DNA of 64,000 nucleotides from Eledone cirrhosa (GCA_964016885.1 OZ024766.1:17112001-17176000); one strand, 5' to 3'; shown: positions 40,901-56,081, numbered from the stretch's first letter. The notes: generated by a model not told the origin, from the sequence alone. Numbers and translations are program-made.

Positions 40901-43900
40901 TATACTATGTCTGATATCTACTAATACTAACTACTGTACTGTACATTAGATAATGTAGTCCTAGATACACTATGTCTGATAGCCACTAATACTAACTACT
41001 GTACTGTACATTAGATCATGTAGTCCTAGATACACTATGTCTGATAGCCACTAATACTAACTACTGTACTGTACATTAGATAATGTAGTCCTAGATACAC
41101 TATGTCTGATAGCCACTAATACTAACTACTGTACTGTACATTAGATAGTGTAGTCCTAGATATACTATGTCTGATAGCCACTAATACTAACTACTGTACT
41201 GTACATTAGATAATGTAGTCCTAGATACACTATGTCTGATAGCCACTAATACTAACTACTGTACTGTACATTAGATAGTGTAGTCCTAGATATACTATGT
41301 CTGATAGCCACTAATACTAACTACTGTACTGTACATTAGATAGTGTAGTCCTAGCTACACTATGTCTGATAGCCACTAATACTAACTACTGTACTGTACA
41401 TTAGATAATGTAGTCCTAGATATACTATGTCTGATAGCCACTAATACTAACTACTGTACTGTACATTAGATAATGTAGTCCTAGATACACTATGTCTGAT
41501 AGCCACTAATACTAACTACTATACTGTACATTAGATAATGTAGTCCTAGATACACTATGTCTGATAGCCACTAATACTAACTACTGTACTGTACATTAGA
41601 TAATGTAGTCCTAGATATACTATGTCTGATAGCTACTAATACTAACTACTGTACTGTACATTAGATAATGTAGTCCTAGATACACTATGTCTGATAGCCA
41701 CTAATACTAACTACTGTACTGTACATTAGATCATGTAGTCCTAGATACACTATGTCTGATAGCCACTAATACTAACTACTGTACTGTACATTAGATAATG
41801 TAGTCCTAGATACACTATGTCTGATAGCCACTAATACTAACTACTGTACTGTACATTAGATAGTGTAGTCCTAGATATACTATGTCTGATAGCCACTAAT
41901 ACTAACTACTGTACTGTACATTAGATAATGTAGTCCTAGATACACTATGTCTGATAGCCACTAATACTAACTACTGTACTGTACATTAGATAGTGTAGTC
42001 CTAGCTACACTATGTCTGATAGCCACTAATACTAACTACTGTACTGTACATTAGATAATGTAGTCCTAGATATACTATGTCTGATAGCCACTAATACTAA
42101 CTACTGTACTGTACATTAGATAATGTAGTCCTAGATACACTACGTCTGATAGCCACTAATACTAACTACTGTACTGTACATTAGATAATGTAGTCCTAGA
42201 TACACTATGTCTGATAGCCACTAATACTAACTACTGTACTGTACATTAGATAATGTAGTCCTAGATACACTATGTCTGATAGCCACTAATACTAACTACT
42301 GTACTGTACATTAGATAATGTAGTCCTAGATACACTATGTCTGATAGCCACTAATACTAACTACTGTACTGTACATTAGATCATGTAGTCCTAGATATAC
42401 TATGTCTGATAGCTACTAATACTAACTACTGTACTGTACATTAGATAATGTAGTCCTAGATACACTATGTCTGATAGCCACTAATACTAACTACTGTACT
42501 GTACATTAGATAATGTAGTCCTAGATACACTATGTCTGATAGCCACTAATACTAACTTCTGTACTGTACATTAGATAATGTAATCCTAGATACACTATGT
42601 CTGATAGCCACTAATACTAACTACTGTACTGTACATTAGATAGTGTAGTCCTAGATATACTATGTCTGATAGCCACTAATACTAACTACTGTACTGTACA
42701 TTAGATAATGTAGTCCTAGATACACTATGTCTGATAGCCACTAATACTAACTACTGTACTGTACATTAGATAGTGTAGTCCTAGATATACTATGTCTGAT
42801 AGCCACTAATACTAACTACTGTACTGTACATTAGATAATGTAGTCCTAGATACACTATGTCTGATAGCCACTAATACTAACTACTGTACTGTACATTAGA
42901 TAGTGTAGTCCTAGATATACTATGTCTGATAGCCACTAATACTAACTACTGTACTGTACATTAGATAGTGTAGTCCTAGCTACACTATGTCTGATAGCCA
43001 CTAATACTAACTACTGTACTGTACATTAGATAATGTAGTCCTAGATATACTATGTCTGATAGCCACTAATACTAACTACTGTACTGTACATTAGATAATG
43101 TAGTCCTAGATACACTATGTCTGATAGCCACTAATACTAACTACTATACTGTACATTAGATAATGTAGTCCTAGATACACTATGTCTGATAGCCACTAAT
43201 ACTAACTACTATACTGTACATTAGATAATGTAGTCCTAGATACACTATGTCTGATAGCCACTAATACTAACTACTGTACTGTACATTAGATCATGTAGTC
43301 CTAGATATACTATGTCTGATAGCTACTAATACTAACTACTGTACTGTACATTAGATCATGTAGTCCTAGATATACTATGTCTGATATCTACTAATACTAA
43401 CTACTGTACTGTACATTAGATAATGTAGTCCTAGATACACTATGTCTGATAGCCACTAATACTAACTACTGTACTGTACATTAGATCATGTAGTCCTAGA
43501 TACACTATGTCTGATAGCCACTAATACTAACTACTGTACTGTACATTAGATAATGTAGTCCTAGATACACTATGTCTGATAGCCACTAATACTAACTACT
43601 GTACTGTACATTAGATAATGTAGTCCTAGATACACTATGTCTGATAGCCACTAATACTAACTACTGTACTGTACATTAGATAGTGTAGTCCTAGATATAC
43701 TATGTCTGATAGCCACTAATACTAACTACTGTACTGTACATTAGATAGTGTAGTCCTAGCTACACTATGTCTGATAGCCACTAATACTAACTACTGTACT
43801 GTACATTAGATAATGTAGTCCTAGATATACTATGTCTGATAGCCACTAATACTAACTACTGTACTGTACATTAGATAATGTAGTCCTAGATACACTATGT

Positions 43901-46900
43901 CTGATAGCCACTAATACTAACTACTATACTGTACATTAGATAATGTAGTCCTAGATACACTATGTCTGATAGCCACTAATACTAACTACTGTACTGTACA
44001 TTAGATAATGTAGTCCTAGATATACTATGTCTGATAGCTACTAATACTAACTACTGTACTGTACATTAGATAATGTAGTCCTAGATACACTATGTCTGAT
44101 AGCCACTAATACTAACTACTGTACTGTACATTAGATCATGTAGTCCTAGATACACTATGTCTGATAGCCACTAATACTAACTACTGTACTGTACATTAGA
44201 TAATGTAGTCCTAGATACACTATGTCTGATAGCCACTAATACTAACTACTGTACTGTACATTAGATAGTGTAGTCCTAGATATACTATGTCTGATAGCCA
44301 CTAATACTAACTACTGTACTGTACATTAGATAATGTAGTCCTAGATACACTATGTCTGATAGCCACTAATACTAACTACTGTACTGTACATTAGATAGTG
44401 TAGTCCTAGCTACACTATGTCTGATAGCCACTAATACTAACTACTGTACTGTACATTAGATAATGTAGTCCTAGATATACTATGTCTGATAGCCACTAAT
44501 ACTAACTACTGTACTGTACATTAGATAATGTAGTCCTAGATACACTACGTCTGATAGCCACTAATACTAACTACTGTACTGTACATTAGATAATGTAGTC
44601 CTAGATACACTATGTCTGATAGCCACTAATACTAACTACTGTACTGTACATTAGATAATGTAGTCCTAGATACACTATGTCTGATAGCCACTAATACTAA
44701 CTACTGTACTGTACATTAGATAATGTAGTCCTAGATACACTATGTCTGATAGCCACTAATACTAACTACTGTACTGTACATTAGATCATGTAGTCCTAGA
44801 TATACTATGTCTGATAGCTACTAATACTAACTACTGTACTGTACATTAGATAATGTAGTCCTAGATACACTATGTCTGATAGCCACTAATACTAACTACT
44901 GTACTGTACATTAGATAATGTAGTCCTAGATACACTATGTCTGATAGCCACTAATACTAACTTCTGTACTGTACATTAGATAATGTAATCCTAGATACAC
45001 TATGTCTGATAGCCACTAATACTAACTACTGTACTGTACATTAGATAGTGTAGTCCTAGATATACTATGTCTGATAGCCACTAATACTAACTACTGTACT
45101 GTACATTAGATAATGTAGTCCTAGATACACTATGTCTGATAGCCACTAATACTAACTACTGTACTGTACATTAGATAGTGTAGTCCTAGATACACTATGT
45201 CTGATAGCCACTAACTACTGTACTGTACATTAGATAATGTAGTCCTAGATACACTATGTCTGATAGCCACTAATACTAACTACTGTACTGTACATTAGAT
45301 AGTGTAGTCCTAGATATACTATGTCTGATAGCCACTAATACTAACTACTGTACTGTACATTAGATAGTGTAGTCCTAGCTACACTATGTCTGATAGCCAC
45401 TAATACTAACTACTGTACTGTACATTAGATAATGTAGTCCTAGATATACTATGTCTGATAGCCACTAATACTAACTACTGTACTGTACATTAGATAATGT
45501 AGTCCTAGATACACTATGTCTGATAGCCACTAATACTAACTACTATACTGTACATTAGATAATGTAGTCCTAGATACACTATGTCTGATAGCCACTAATA
45601 CTAACTACTATACTGTACATTAGATAATGTAGTCCTAGATACACTATGTCTGATAGCCACTAATACTAACTACTGTACTGTACATTAGATCATGTAGTCC
45701 TAGATATACTATGTCTGATAGCTACTAATACTAACTACTGTACTGTACATTAGATAATGTAGTCCTAGATACACTATGTCTGATAGCCACTAATACTAAC
45801 TACTGTACTGTACATTAGATCATGTAGTCCTAGATACACTATGTCTGATAGCCACTAATACTAACTTCTGTACTGTACATTAGATAATGTAGTCCTAGAT
45901 ACACTATGTCTGATAGTCACTAATACTAACTACTGTACTGTACATTAGATAATGTAGTCCTAGATACACTATGTCTGATAGCCACTAATACTAACTTCTG
46001 TACTGTACATTAGATAATGTAGTCCTAGATACACTATGTCTGATAGCCACTAATACTAACTACTGTACTGTACATTAGATAGTGTAGTCCTAGATATACT
46101 ATGTCTGATAGCCACTAATACTAACTACTGTACTGTACATTAGATAGTGTAGTCCTAGCTACACTATGTCTGATAGCCACTAATACTAACTACTGTACTG
46201 TACATTAGATAATGTAGTCCTAGATATACTATGTCTGATAGCCACTAATACTAACTACTGTACTGTACATTAGATAATGTAGTCCTAGATATACTATGTC
46301 TGATAGCCACTAATACTAACTACTGTACTGTACATTAGATAGTGTAGTCCTAGCTACACTATGTCTGATAGCCACTAATACTAACTACTGTACATTAGAT
46401 AATGTAGTCCTAGATACACTATGTCTGATAGCCACTAATACTAACTTCTGTACTGTACATTAGATAATGTAATCCTAGATACACTATGTCTGATAGCCAC
46501 TAATACTAACTTCTGTACTGTACATTAGATAATGTAGTCCTAGATACACTATGTCTGATAGTCACTAATACTAACTACTGTACTGTACATTAGATAATGT
46601 AGTCCTAGATACACTATGTCTGATAGCCACTAATACTAACTTCTGTACTGTACATTAGATAATGTAATCCTAGATACACTATGTCTGATAGCCACTAATA
46701 CTAACTACTGTACTGTACATTAGATAGTGTAGTCCTAGATATACTATGTCTGATAGCCACTAATACTAACTACTGTACTGTACATTAGATAATGTAGTCC
46801 TAGATACACTATGTCTGATAGCCACTAATACTAACTTCTGTACTGCACATTAGATAATGTAATCCTAGATACACTATGTCTGATAGCCACTAATACTAAC

Positions 46901-47524
46901 TACTGTACTGTACATTAGATAATGTAGTCCTAGATACACTATGTCTGATAGCCACTAATACTAATTGCTGTACTGTACATTAGATAATGTCCTAGATATA
47001 CTATGTCTGATAGCCACTAATACTAACTACTGTACTGTACCTTAGATAATGTAGTCCTAGATATACTATGTCTGATAGCCACTAATACTAACTACTGTAC
47101 TGTACCTTAGATAATGTAGTCCTAGATATACTATGTCTGATAGTCACTAATACTAACTACTGTACATTAGATAATGTAGTCCTAGATATACTATGTCTGA
47201 TAGCCACTAATACTAACTACTGTACTGTACATTAGATAATGTAGTCCTAGATACACTATGTCTGATAGCCACTAATACTAACTACTGTACTGTACATTAG
47301 ATAATGTAGTCCTAGGTACACTATGTCTGATAGCCACTAATACTAACTACTGTACTGTACATTAGATAATGTAGTCCTAGATATACTATGTCTGATAGCC
47401 ACTAATACTAACTACTGTACTGTACATTAGATCATGTAGTCCTAGATACACTATGTCTGATAGCCACTATACTAACTACTGTACTGTACATTAGATAATG
47501 TAGTCCTAGATACACTATGTCTGA
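37962..47524. repeat. 65-bp satellite, about 147 units (9.5 kb)
   Basis: ctagatacactatgtctgatagccactaatactaactactgtactgtacattagataatgtagtc. Confidence 0.98.
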
Positions 47525-47937
47525 ATAATAAATTAAACATCTTTCATTATAGATCTGGTTCAGAAGATGAGGAGTGACCTAGGGTTAAAAAACAACAACA
47601 ACAACAACATTTAGATAACAAAGTAGAAATATAACATACTAAGTGTACCGATGGTTAAAATTGGACCCCAAAATATTACTGGTATATACATATTTATGGC
47701 TTACCTGTCGTTAACGCTCCGTCGTGTACAGGTAAAAAACACAGCTGCTTTTGATAGTCTCACTTATATGTACACGGATGTGAATGTGTGTGTGTGCGTG
47801 TGAATATGTATGTGTGCTTGTATGCAAATATATATATATATGTGTGTGTGTGTGTATGCAAATATATATATATATGTGTGTGTGTGTGTGTTTGTGTATG
47901 CAAATATATATATATATATATATGTGTGTGTATCCAA

Positions 47938-47971
<34 letters not shown>

Positions 47972-47981
47972 TTGTATGCAA

Positions 47982-48013
<32 letters not shown>

Positions 48014-48058
48014 ACATATATATGTGTGTGTATATATCTATATATCTCTATGTGTGTT

Positions 48059-48098
<40 letters not shown>

Positions 48099-48160
48099 AA
48101 TATATATATATGTGTGTATATATATATATATGTGTGTGTGTGTATGTGTATATATATATA

Positions 48161-48212
<52 letters not shown>

Positions 48213-48291
48213 TATATACACATACACACACATATATATATACACACATATATATATACATATATATATACACACATATATATATACACAT

Positions 48292-48347
<56 letters not shown>

Positions 48348-48364
48348 ATGTGTATATATATATA

Positions 48365-48437
<73 letters not shown>

Positions 48438-48649
48438 ATGTGTATATATATATGTGTGTATATATATATGTATATATATATGTGTGTATATATATATGTG
48501 TGTGTATGTGTATATATATATGTATATATATATATGCATGTATATATATGTATATATATATATATATGTGTGTGTAGCTGTCAAGATGGTGATGTGACGG
48601 ATTAAATTTAAGAAAACATCTCCATTCGTTTGTAACATTAACCATGCCC

Positions 48650-49560
48650 ACCTCCACCACTACACCACCACCACCACACCACCACCACCATCATCAGTAC
48701 TACTGCTACCACCAGCACTATCGCCATCACCACCACCATCATCATCATCAGTACACCACCACCACCACCACCACCACAACAACCCCACCACCACCACCAC
48801 CATCATCATCATCAGTACACCATCACCACCACCACCACCACCACAACAACAACCCCACCACCATCACCACCACTACCACCACCACCACCACAACAACAAC
48901 CCCACCACCATCACCACCATCACTACCACCATCACCACCAACTCCATCACCACCACCACCACTACCATCAGTACACCACCACCACCACCATCAGTACACC
49001 ATCACCACCACCACCACCACCATCACCACCACCACCACTACCATCAGTACACCACCACCACCACCATCAGTACACCATCACCACCACCACCACCACCATC
49101 ACCACCACTACCACCACAACAACAACCCCACCACCACCACCACCATCACCACCAACTCCATCACCACTACCATCAGTACACCACCACCACCACCATCAGT
49201 ACACCATCACCACCACCACCACCACCATCACCACCACCACCACCACTACCATCAGTACACCACCACCATCAGTACACCATCACCACCACCACCACCACCA
49301 TCACCACCACTACCACCACCATCACCACCAACTCCATCACCACCACCACCACCACCATCAGTACACCACCACCACCACCATCAGTACACCACCACCACCA
49401 CCATCAGTACACCATCACCACCACCACCACCACTACCACCACCATCATCAGTACCACCACTACCACCACCACCACCATCATACTCCTCCATTAACACCAC
49501 CACCACCACCACCACCATCACGCACACTACCATCTGGACTATCAGCCACCACGACCCCCC
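48650..49560. repeat. (CAC)n-rich triplet region with catcagtac subunits
   Basis: Direct inspection. Confidence 0.85.
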
Positions 49561-49884
49561 ACTACCCCCTCCAGTAGGACGGTAGATTGACAGTAATCGG
49601 AAGATTTGTGGCACAGAGTTACATCCCATTAAGTTCCGAGTCAAACCCACTTTGACTTACATCCTTACAAATAAAGTACCAGCAATACACTGGGGTCCAA
49701 TTTAATCGACCCCCGCCCCACTCCCCCAATTTTGCTGACTTTGTGCCAAATATAGAAGCAATTATTATTATTAAAACTCAGAATGCAAAGGGCCATAACT
49801 CTATGCTGCACACTATAGAGTTACGTCCCTTTATAGTCTGAGTTCAAATACCGCTCGAGGTTAGTTTTGCTTTTCAGCTGTACA

Positions 49885-50530
49885 GGGGTTGATAAAATAA
49901 AGTACCAGTAATACACTGGGGTAATTGCTGGCCTTGTGCCCCCAAAAGTAGAAACAATTATTACAGGGTCGATAAAACAAAGTACCAGTAATACACTGAT
50001 GTAATTGCAGGCCTTGTGCCCCCAAAAGTAGAAACAATTATTACGGGGTCGATAAAATAAAGTACCAGTAATACACTGGGGTAATTGCTGGCCTTGTGCC
50101 CCCAAAAGTAGAAACAATTATTACGGGGTCGATAAAATAAAGTACCAGTAATACACTGGGGTAATTGCTGGCCTTGTGCCCCCAAAAGTAGAAACAGTTA
50201 TTACGGGGTTGATAAAATAAAGTACCAGTAATACACTGAGGTAATTGCTGGCCTTGTGCCCCCAAAAGTAGAAACAGCTATTACGGGGTCAGTAAAATAA
50301 AGTACCAGTAATACACTGGCGTAATTGCTGGCCTTGTGCCCCCAAAAGTAGAAACAGTTATTACGGGGTTGATAAAATAAAGTACCAGTAATACACTGGA
50401 GTAATTGCTGGCCTTGTGCCCCCAAAAGTAGAAGCAAATATTACAGGGTCGATAAAATAAAGTACCAGTAATACACTGGGGTAATTGCTGGCCTTGTGCC
50501 CCCCCCCCCCCCCCAAGTAGAAACAAATAT
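49885..50530. repeat. 80-bp SINE-derived array, about 8 units, opposite orientation to 23250-25022
   Basis: Reverse complement of the same unit, preceded by a SINE 5' part at 49818-49885. Confidence 0.9.
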
Positions 50531-50539
50531 TATTTAGGA

Positions 50540-50775
50540 CAGTGGAACATCGGGAACATCGGATAGCGCGCTTAGCGGCACAGAGTTACGGCCCTTTACG
50601 TTCTAAGTTCAAGTCCCACCGATGTCATCTTTGGCTTTCACCATTACGAGGGGAGAGGGAGGGGGTATCGTCGATAAAATAAAATACCAGTAATGCACTG
50701 GGGGGGGGGGGTCGATTTAATTGACTTTTTCCGCTGTTCCATCAAATTGCTGGCCTTGTGCCAAATATAGCAACA
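50540..50775 (+). mobile_element. SINE copy; source family of the 80-bp arrays
   Basis: B-box-like gttcaagtcc, then gataaaataaaatacc...gctggccttgtgcc matching the 80-bp unit. Confidence 0.6.
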
Positions 50776-50881
50776 AACAAACAACAACAAAAACAACAAC
50801 AACAACAGCATCATCATCATCATCATCATCATTACAGAATGTATCCCACGCTTTATTTCAGAAAAAAGAAAAGAAAAAAAA

Positions 50882-50916
<35 letters not shown>

Positions 50917-51127
50917 AAAACAATAATATATATATATCATCATCATCATCATCATCATCAACAACAGAAAAAAAAAGGGGGGGGGGGGAAGATGTGGCGG
51001 GGAGGAGGGGAGAAAAAATATATCTATATACAGTGTACCCCTGGCATTTGTGGAATTTTCCTTAGACCCTAATAATTGTTTGTGGATTCGTAAGTATCTT
51101 CTGCGATTTTTTTAATTTTTTTTATTA

Positions 51128-52011
51128 TTAACCCTTTAATGTTCAAACCAGTCAAAACCGGTCAGAATTCTCTACCTTTTCCTGTTGAAACTGGCTGTAA
51201 CTGGTCGCTCAGACTGATGTTAAGGTATTGTTCTTAAAATAAATACTTTCAAAAACTCATAGATTCGATATTATGTGAGGTAATTATGTGAGGTAAAGCC
51301 TTTACCATGAAAATATAATAGTATTTATAGAGTAATCATCATCATCATTTCATTTAATTTCATTTCACGTCCACTTTTCCCTGCTTGCAAGGGTGGGACG
51401 GGAACTGATTCTGGCTCGATTTCTACAGCTGGATGCCCTTCCTAACACCAACCTCATTTACAGTGAGTGCTGGGTGCTTTTTTGCCGTGGCACCTCCACG
51501 ACCACTTTACAGTGAGTGCTGGGTGCTTTTTTGCCGTGGCACCTCCACGTCCACTTTACAGTGAGTGCTGGGTGCTTTTTTGCCGTGGCACCTCCACGAC
51601 CACTTTACAGTGTGGGCTGGGTGTTTTTTTTTTGCCGTGGCACCTCCATGACCACTTTACAGTGAGTGCTGGGTGCTTTTTTACCGTGGCACCTCCACGA
51701 CCACTTTACAGTGAGTGCTGGGTGCTTTTTTACCGTGGCACCTCCACGTCCACTTTACAGTGAGTGCTGGGTACTTTTTTACCGTGGCACCTCCACGACC
51801 ACTTTACAGGGGAATGATAGGGACCCCAGTCCCTTTCATCTCATTTCTACAGCTGAGTAAACTGGAGCAATGTGAAATAAAGTGTCTTGCTCAACGAAAC
51901 AACACATCACCCGGTCTGAGAATTGAACTCACAACCTTTCGATTGCAAGGCCAGTGCTCTAACCACTAAGCCATGTGCCACCATCCAGTAATGTGAGTGC
52001 TAAAGGGTTAA
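51128..52011. mobile_element. piggyBac-like MITE interrupted by a SINE
   Basis: TTAACCCTTTA...TAAAGGGTTAA termini (TTAA target, CCC start). Confidence 0.6.
51337..51983 (-). mobile_element. Same tRNA/RTE SINE with about 7 49-bp units, nested in a MITE
   Basis: Same head and tail; AGTAAT at 51331-51336 and 51987-51992 is a candidate TSD. Confidence 0.85.
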
Positions 52012-52448
52012 ACTATAAATTATTAATAACAACAAACCATATTTGCTGGCCTAGGGGACACCCCTTCGCGTGAGACAGTCCATCTTTTTTTATTATATTT
52101 TACGTTATATTTTGACGTTTAAAGGCATTTTTAAGGAGAACGTCTAATATTCGTGGTTTTTCACTCTTCGCGGGAGTTCTAGGAATGTAACACCCCACAA
52201 ATACCAGGGTAGAGGGGGGTGGAGGGTGGGGGGTAATTGCATATATATATATATATATCATCATCACCATTTAACATCCATTTTTCCATGCTTGCATGAG
52301 TCAGACAAGCCCAGAATTGGCCACACCAGACCTTGCTCAGATGGAACTAAAAAATTTGACCGGGATTTTTACAGCTGGATGCCCTTTGTGTGTGTGTGTA
52401 TATATATATATATGTGTGTGTGTGTATATATATATATATGTGTGTGTG

Positions 52449-52479
<31 letters not shown>

Positions 52480-52514
52480 ATATATATATATGTGTGTGTG
52501 TATATATATATATA

Positions 52515-52561
<47 letters not shown>

Positions 52562-52604
52562 ATATATATATATATACATATGTGTGTGTGTGTGTATATA
52601 TATA

Positions 52605-52672
<68 letters not shown>

Positions 52673-52756
52673 CGTTATTCCGGGTTGAATCGGAGGTAAC
52701 CACAGTAAGTAAGGTACTCAATACATTGCAGAGTATAAAAGTTTTAATATAGATGA

Positions 52757-52805
52757 GATTCTACAGGACTAGAACTGTTTCATTCTTTAGAAATCATCAG
52801 GAATC
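52757..52805 (-). ncRNA. Type I hammerhead motif (complete on -; the + copy 52805-52848 lacks the 5' strand of stem I)
   Basis: gattc-CTGATGA-t ttc taaa gaa t-GAA-ACAG ttctagtc CTGT-A-gaatc. Confidence 0.75.
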
Positions 52806-52861
52806 TGATGATTTCTAAAGAATGAAACAGTTCTAGTCCTGTAGAATCTCATCTATATTAA

Positions 52862-52916
<55 letters not shown>

Positions 52917-52956
52917 AAAGAAATAGGATTTCGCTTCAAGCATAGTTTTATATATT

Positions 52957-53056
52957 GATGTCCAGCAGAAGCAAGGGGGACAACCGTCTATGTATTTCAG
53001 GCTTAACTGGCCTTCACCAGGACAGACTCTCCCACCGCTTGCTTCTGCTGGACATC
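52957..53056 (-). ncRNA. Hammerhead-like motif with A6G core variant inside a 19-bp perfect outer stem
   Basis: ctgtc-CTGGTGA-aggc cagttaa gcct-GAA-ATACAT-A-gacgg; outer stem gatgtccagcagaagcaag / cttgcttctgctggacatc. Confidence 0.6.
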
Positions 53057-53364
53057 ACCAGAGGGCGTTAGCCCTACCAGTGTTTGCATAGCTATGGCTT
53101 CCTAAAACTGTATTTCTTTGGAGATACAAAATATTTATACATAATATATATATATATATATATATAGATAAATCTACCAAGAGTTTACGGTAGTGTCCAA
53201 TCCGTATGAAGAACTCAATGTAATCCGGATATCATGGAAAGAAGAGATGCATTCAAAAATCACTTTCGGTGAAAGATAAACGGAATACAGAGTCAAGATA
53301 AAATATTTAAAAAATAATGAATAAAACAATGAAACAGTTCCTTATATTAAACAAAAAAAGTTCA

Positions 53365-53651
53365 TTATTTTACGATCGTTTCTAGGATATATATGTGTTA
53401 GAATTGGCATGCATATTCAAAAGATCTATGTACAAAATTATACAAACTATCAAAGAGAATATACATACCATCACATATATATGCTGTCTTCAGAAATAAA
53501 TTATTTCAGAAATAATTTATTTCTGAAGACAGCATATATATGTGATGGTATGTATATTCTCTTTGATAGTTTGTATAATTTTGTACATAGATCTTTTGAA
53601 TATGCATGCCAATTCTAACACATATATATCCTAGAAACGATCGTAAAATAA
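53365..53651. ncRNA. Pair of hammerhead motifs with about 104-nt stem II region (- 53365-53499, + 53517-53651)
   Basis: ttattt-CTGAAGA-..atatatatgtg...cacatatatat..-GAA-ACGATCGT-A-aaataa. Confidence 0.7.
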
Positions 53652-53781
53652 TGAACTTTTTTTGTTTAATATAAGGAACTGTTTCATTGTTTTATTCATT
53701 ATTTTTTTAATATTTTATATATATATATATGCATATATGTATATATATATTTATATATATATATATATATATGCATATATG

Positions 53782-53819
<38 letters not shown>

Positions 53820-53842
53820 TTTATATATATGCATATATGTAT

Positions 53843-53874
<32 letters not shown>

Positions 53875-54137
53875 ATATATATATATGTATGTGTATATGT
53901 ATATATATATGTGTGTATATGTATATATATAAATATATATGTGTATATATATATTAATTAAAGGTTAATTAGTCTCTAAATCTTAAACATCTCAATGAGT
54001 AGATAAAATAAGCTTCTGAGAAGCAATATTACATATCAAATTGAAGTGAGAAAAACTCTATAAGTCAGACAGTCTAGCTTATACAGGTTGGGCCAAAAGT
54101 CTCTTCTTACCTATTTTTATTATCTTTAACCCTTTAG

Positions 54138-56030
54138 CATTTACATTACTCTATATATACTATTGTATTGTCACAGTAAAGGCTTTACCTCACATAAAAT
54201 TTACATTACTCTATATATACTATTGTATTGTCACAGTAAAGGCTTTACCTCACATAATACCTCACATAACATTTACATTACTCTATATATACTATTGTAT
54301 TGTCACAGTAAAGGCTTTACCTCACATAATACCTCACATAACATCTACATTACTCTATATATACTATTGTATTGTCACAGTAAAGGCTCTACCTCACATA
54401 ATATCTCACATAACATTTACATTACTCTATATATACTATTGTATTGTCACAGTAAAGGCTTTACCTCACATAATATCTCACATAACATTTACATTACTCT
54501 ATATATACTATTGTATTTTCACAGTAAAGGCTTTACCTCACATAATACCTCACATAACATTTACATTACTCTATATATACTATTGTATTTTCACAGTAAA
54601 GGCTTTACCTCATATAATATCTCACATAACATTTACATTACTCTATATATACTATTGTATTGTCACAGTAAAGGCTTTACCTCACATAATACCTCACATA
54701 ACATCTACATTACTCTATATATACTATTGTATTGTCACAGTAAAGGCTTTACCTCACATAATACCTCACATAACATTTACATTACTCTATATATACTATT
54801 GTATTGTCACAGTAAAGGCTTTACCTCACATAACATCTACATTACTCTATATATACTATTGTATTGTCACAGTAAAGGCTTTACCTCACATAATATCTCA
54901 CATAACATTTACATTATTCTATATATACTATTGTATTGTCACAGTAAAGGCTTTACCTCACAATATCTCACATAACATTTACATTACTCTATATATACTA
55001 TTGTATTGTCACAGTAAAGGCTTTACCTCACATAATACCTCACATAACATTTACATTACTCTATATATACTATTGTATTGTCACAGTAAAGGCTTTACCT
55101 CACATAATATCTCACATAACATTTACATTACTCTATATATATACTATTGTATTGTCACAGTAAAGGCTTTACCTCACATAATATCTCACATAACATTTAC
55201 ATTACTCTATATATATACTATTCTATTGTCACAGTAAAGGCTTTACCTTACATAATATCTCACATAACATCTACATTACTCTATATATACTATTGTATTG
55301 TCACAGTAAAGGCTTTACCTCACATAATATCTCACATAACATTTACATTACTCTATATATATACTATTGTATTGTCACAGTAAAGGCTTTACCTCACATA
55401 ATATCTCACATAACATTTACATTACTCTATATATATACTATTGTATTGTCACAGTAAAGGCTTTACCTCACATAACATTTACATTACTCTATATATATAC
55501 TATTGTATTGTCACAGTAAAGGCTTTACCTTACATAATATCTCACATAACATCTACATTACTCTATATATACTATTGTATTGTCACAGTAAAGGCTTTAC
55601 CTCACATAATATCTCACATAACATTTACATTACTCTATATATATACTATTGTATTGTCACAGTAAAGGCTTTACCTTACATAATATCTCACATAACATTT
55701 ACATTACTCTATATATACTATTGTATTGTCATAGTAAAGGCTTTACCTCACATAATACCTCACATAACATTTACATTACTCTATATATACTATTGTATTG
55801 TCACAGTAAAGGCTTTACCTTACATAATATCTCACATAACATCTACATTACTCTATATATACTATTGTATTGTCACAGTAAAGGCTTTACCTCACATAAT
55901 ACCTCACATAACATTTACATTACTCTATATATACTATTGTATTGTCACAGTAAAGGCTTTACCTCACATAATATCTCACATAACATCTACATTACTCTAT
56001 ATATACTATTGTATTTTCATGGTAAAGGCT
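54138..56030. repeat. 72-bp satellite (with 60/74-bp variants) derived from a MITE subterminal region
   Basis: Starts after ttaaccctttag; unit matches the reverse complement of 51270-51336. Confidence 0.92.
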
Positions 56031-56081
56031 GCCTGGCTTATACTCCCCAAAATAGAGTTTTTCTCACTTAAATTTAATATA

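Noticed and set aside
37962-47524. CRISPR-like periodicity here and in other arrays
   Set aside because: Head-to-tail units with no unique spacers, no cas genes, eukaryotic context
48644-49585. 313-aa H/P/T-rich ORF
   Set aside because: (CAC)n repeat open by composition, with no splice or domain support
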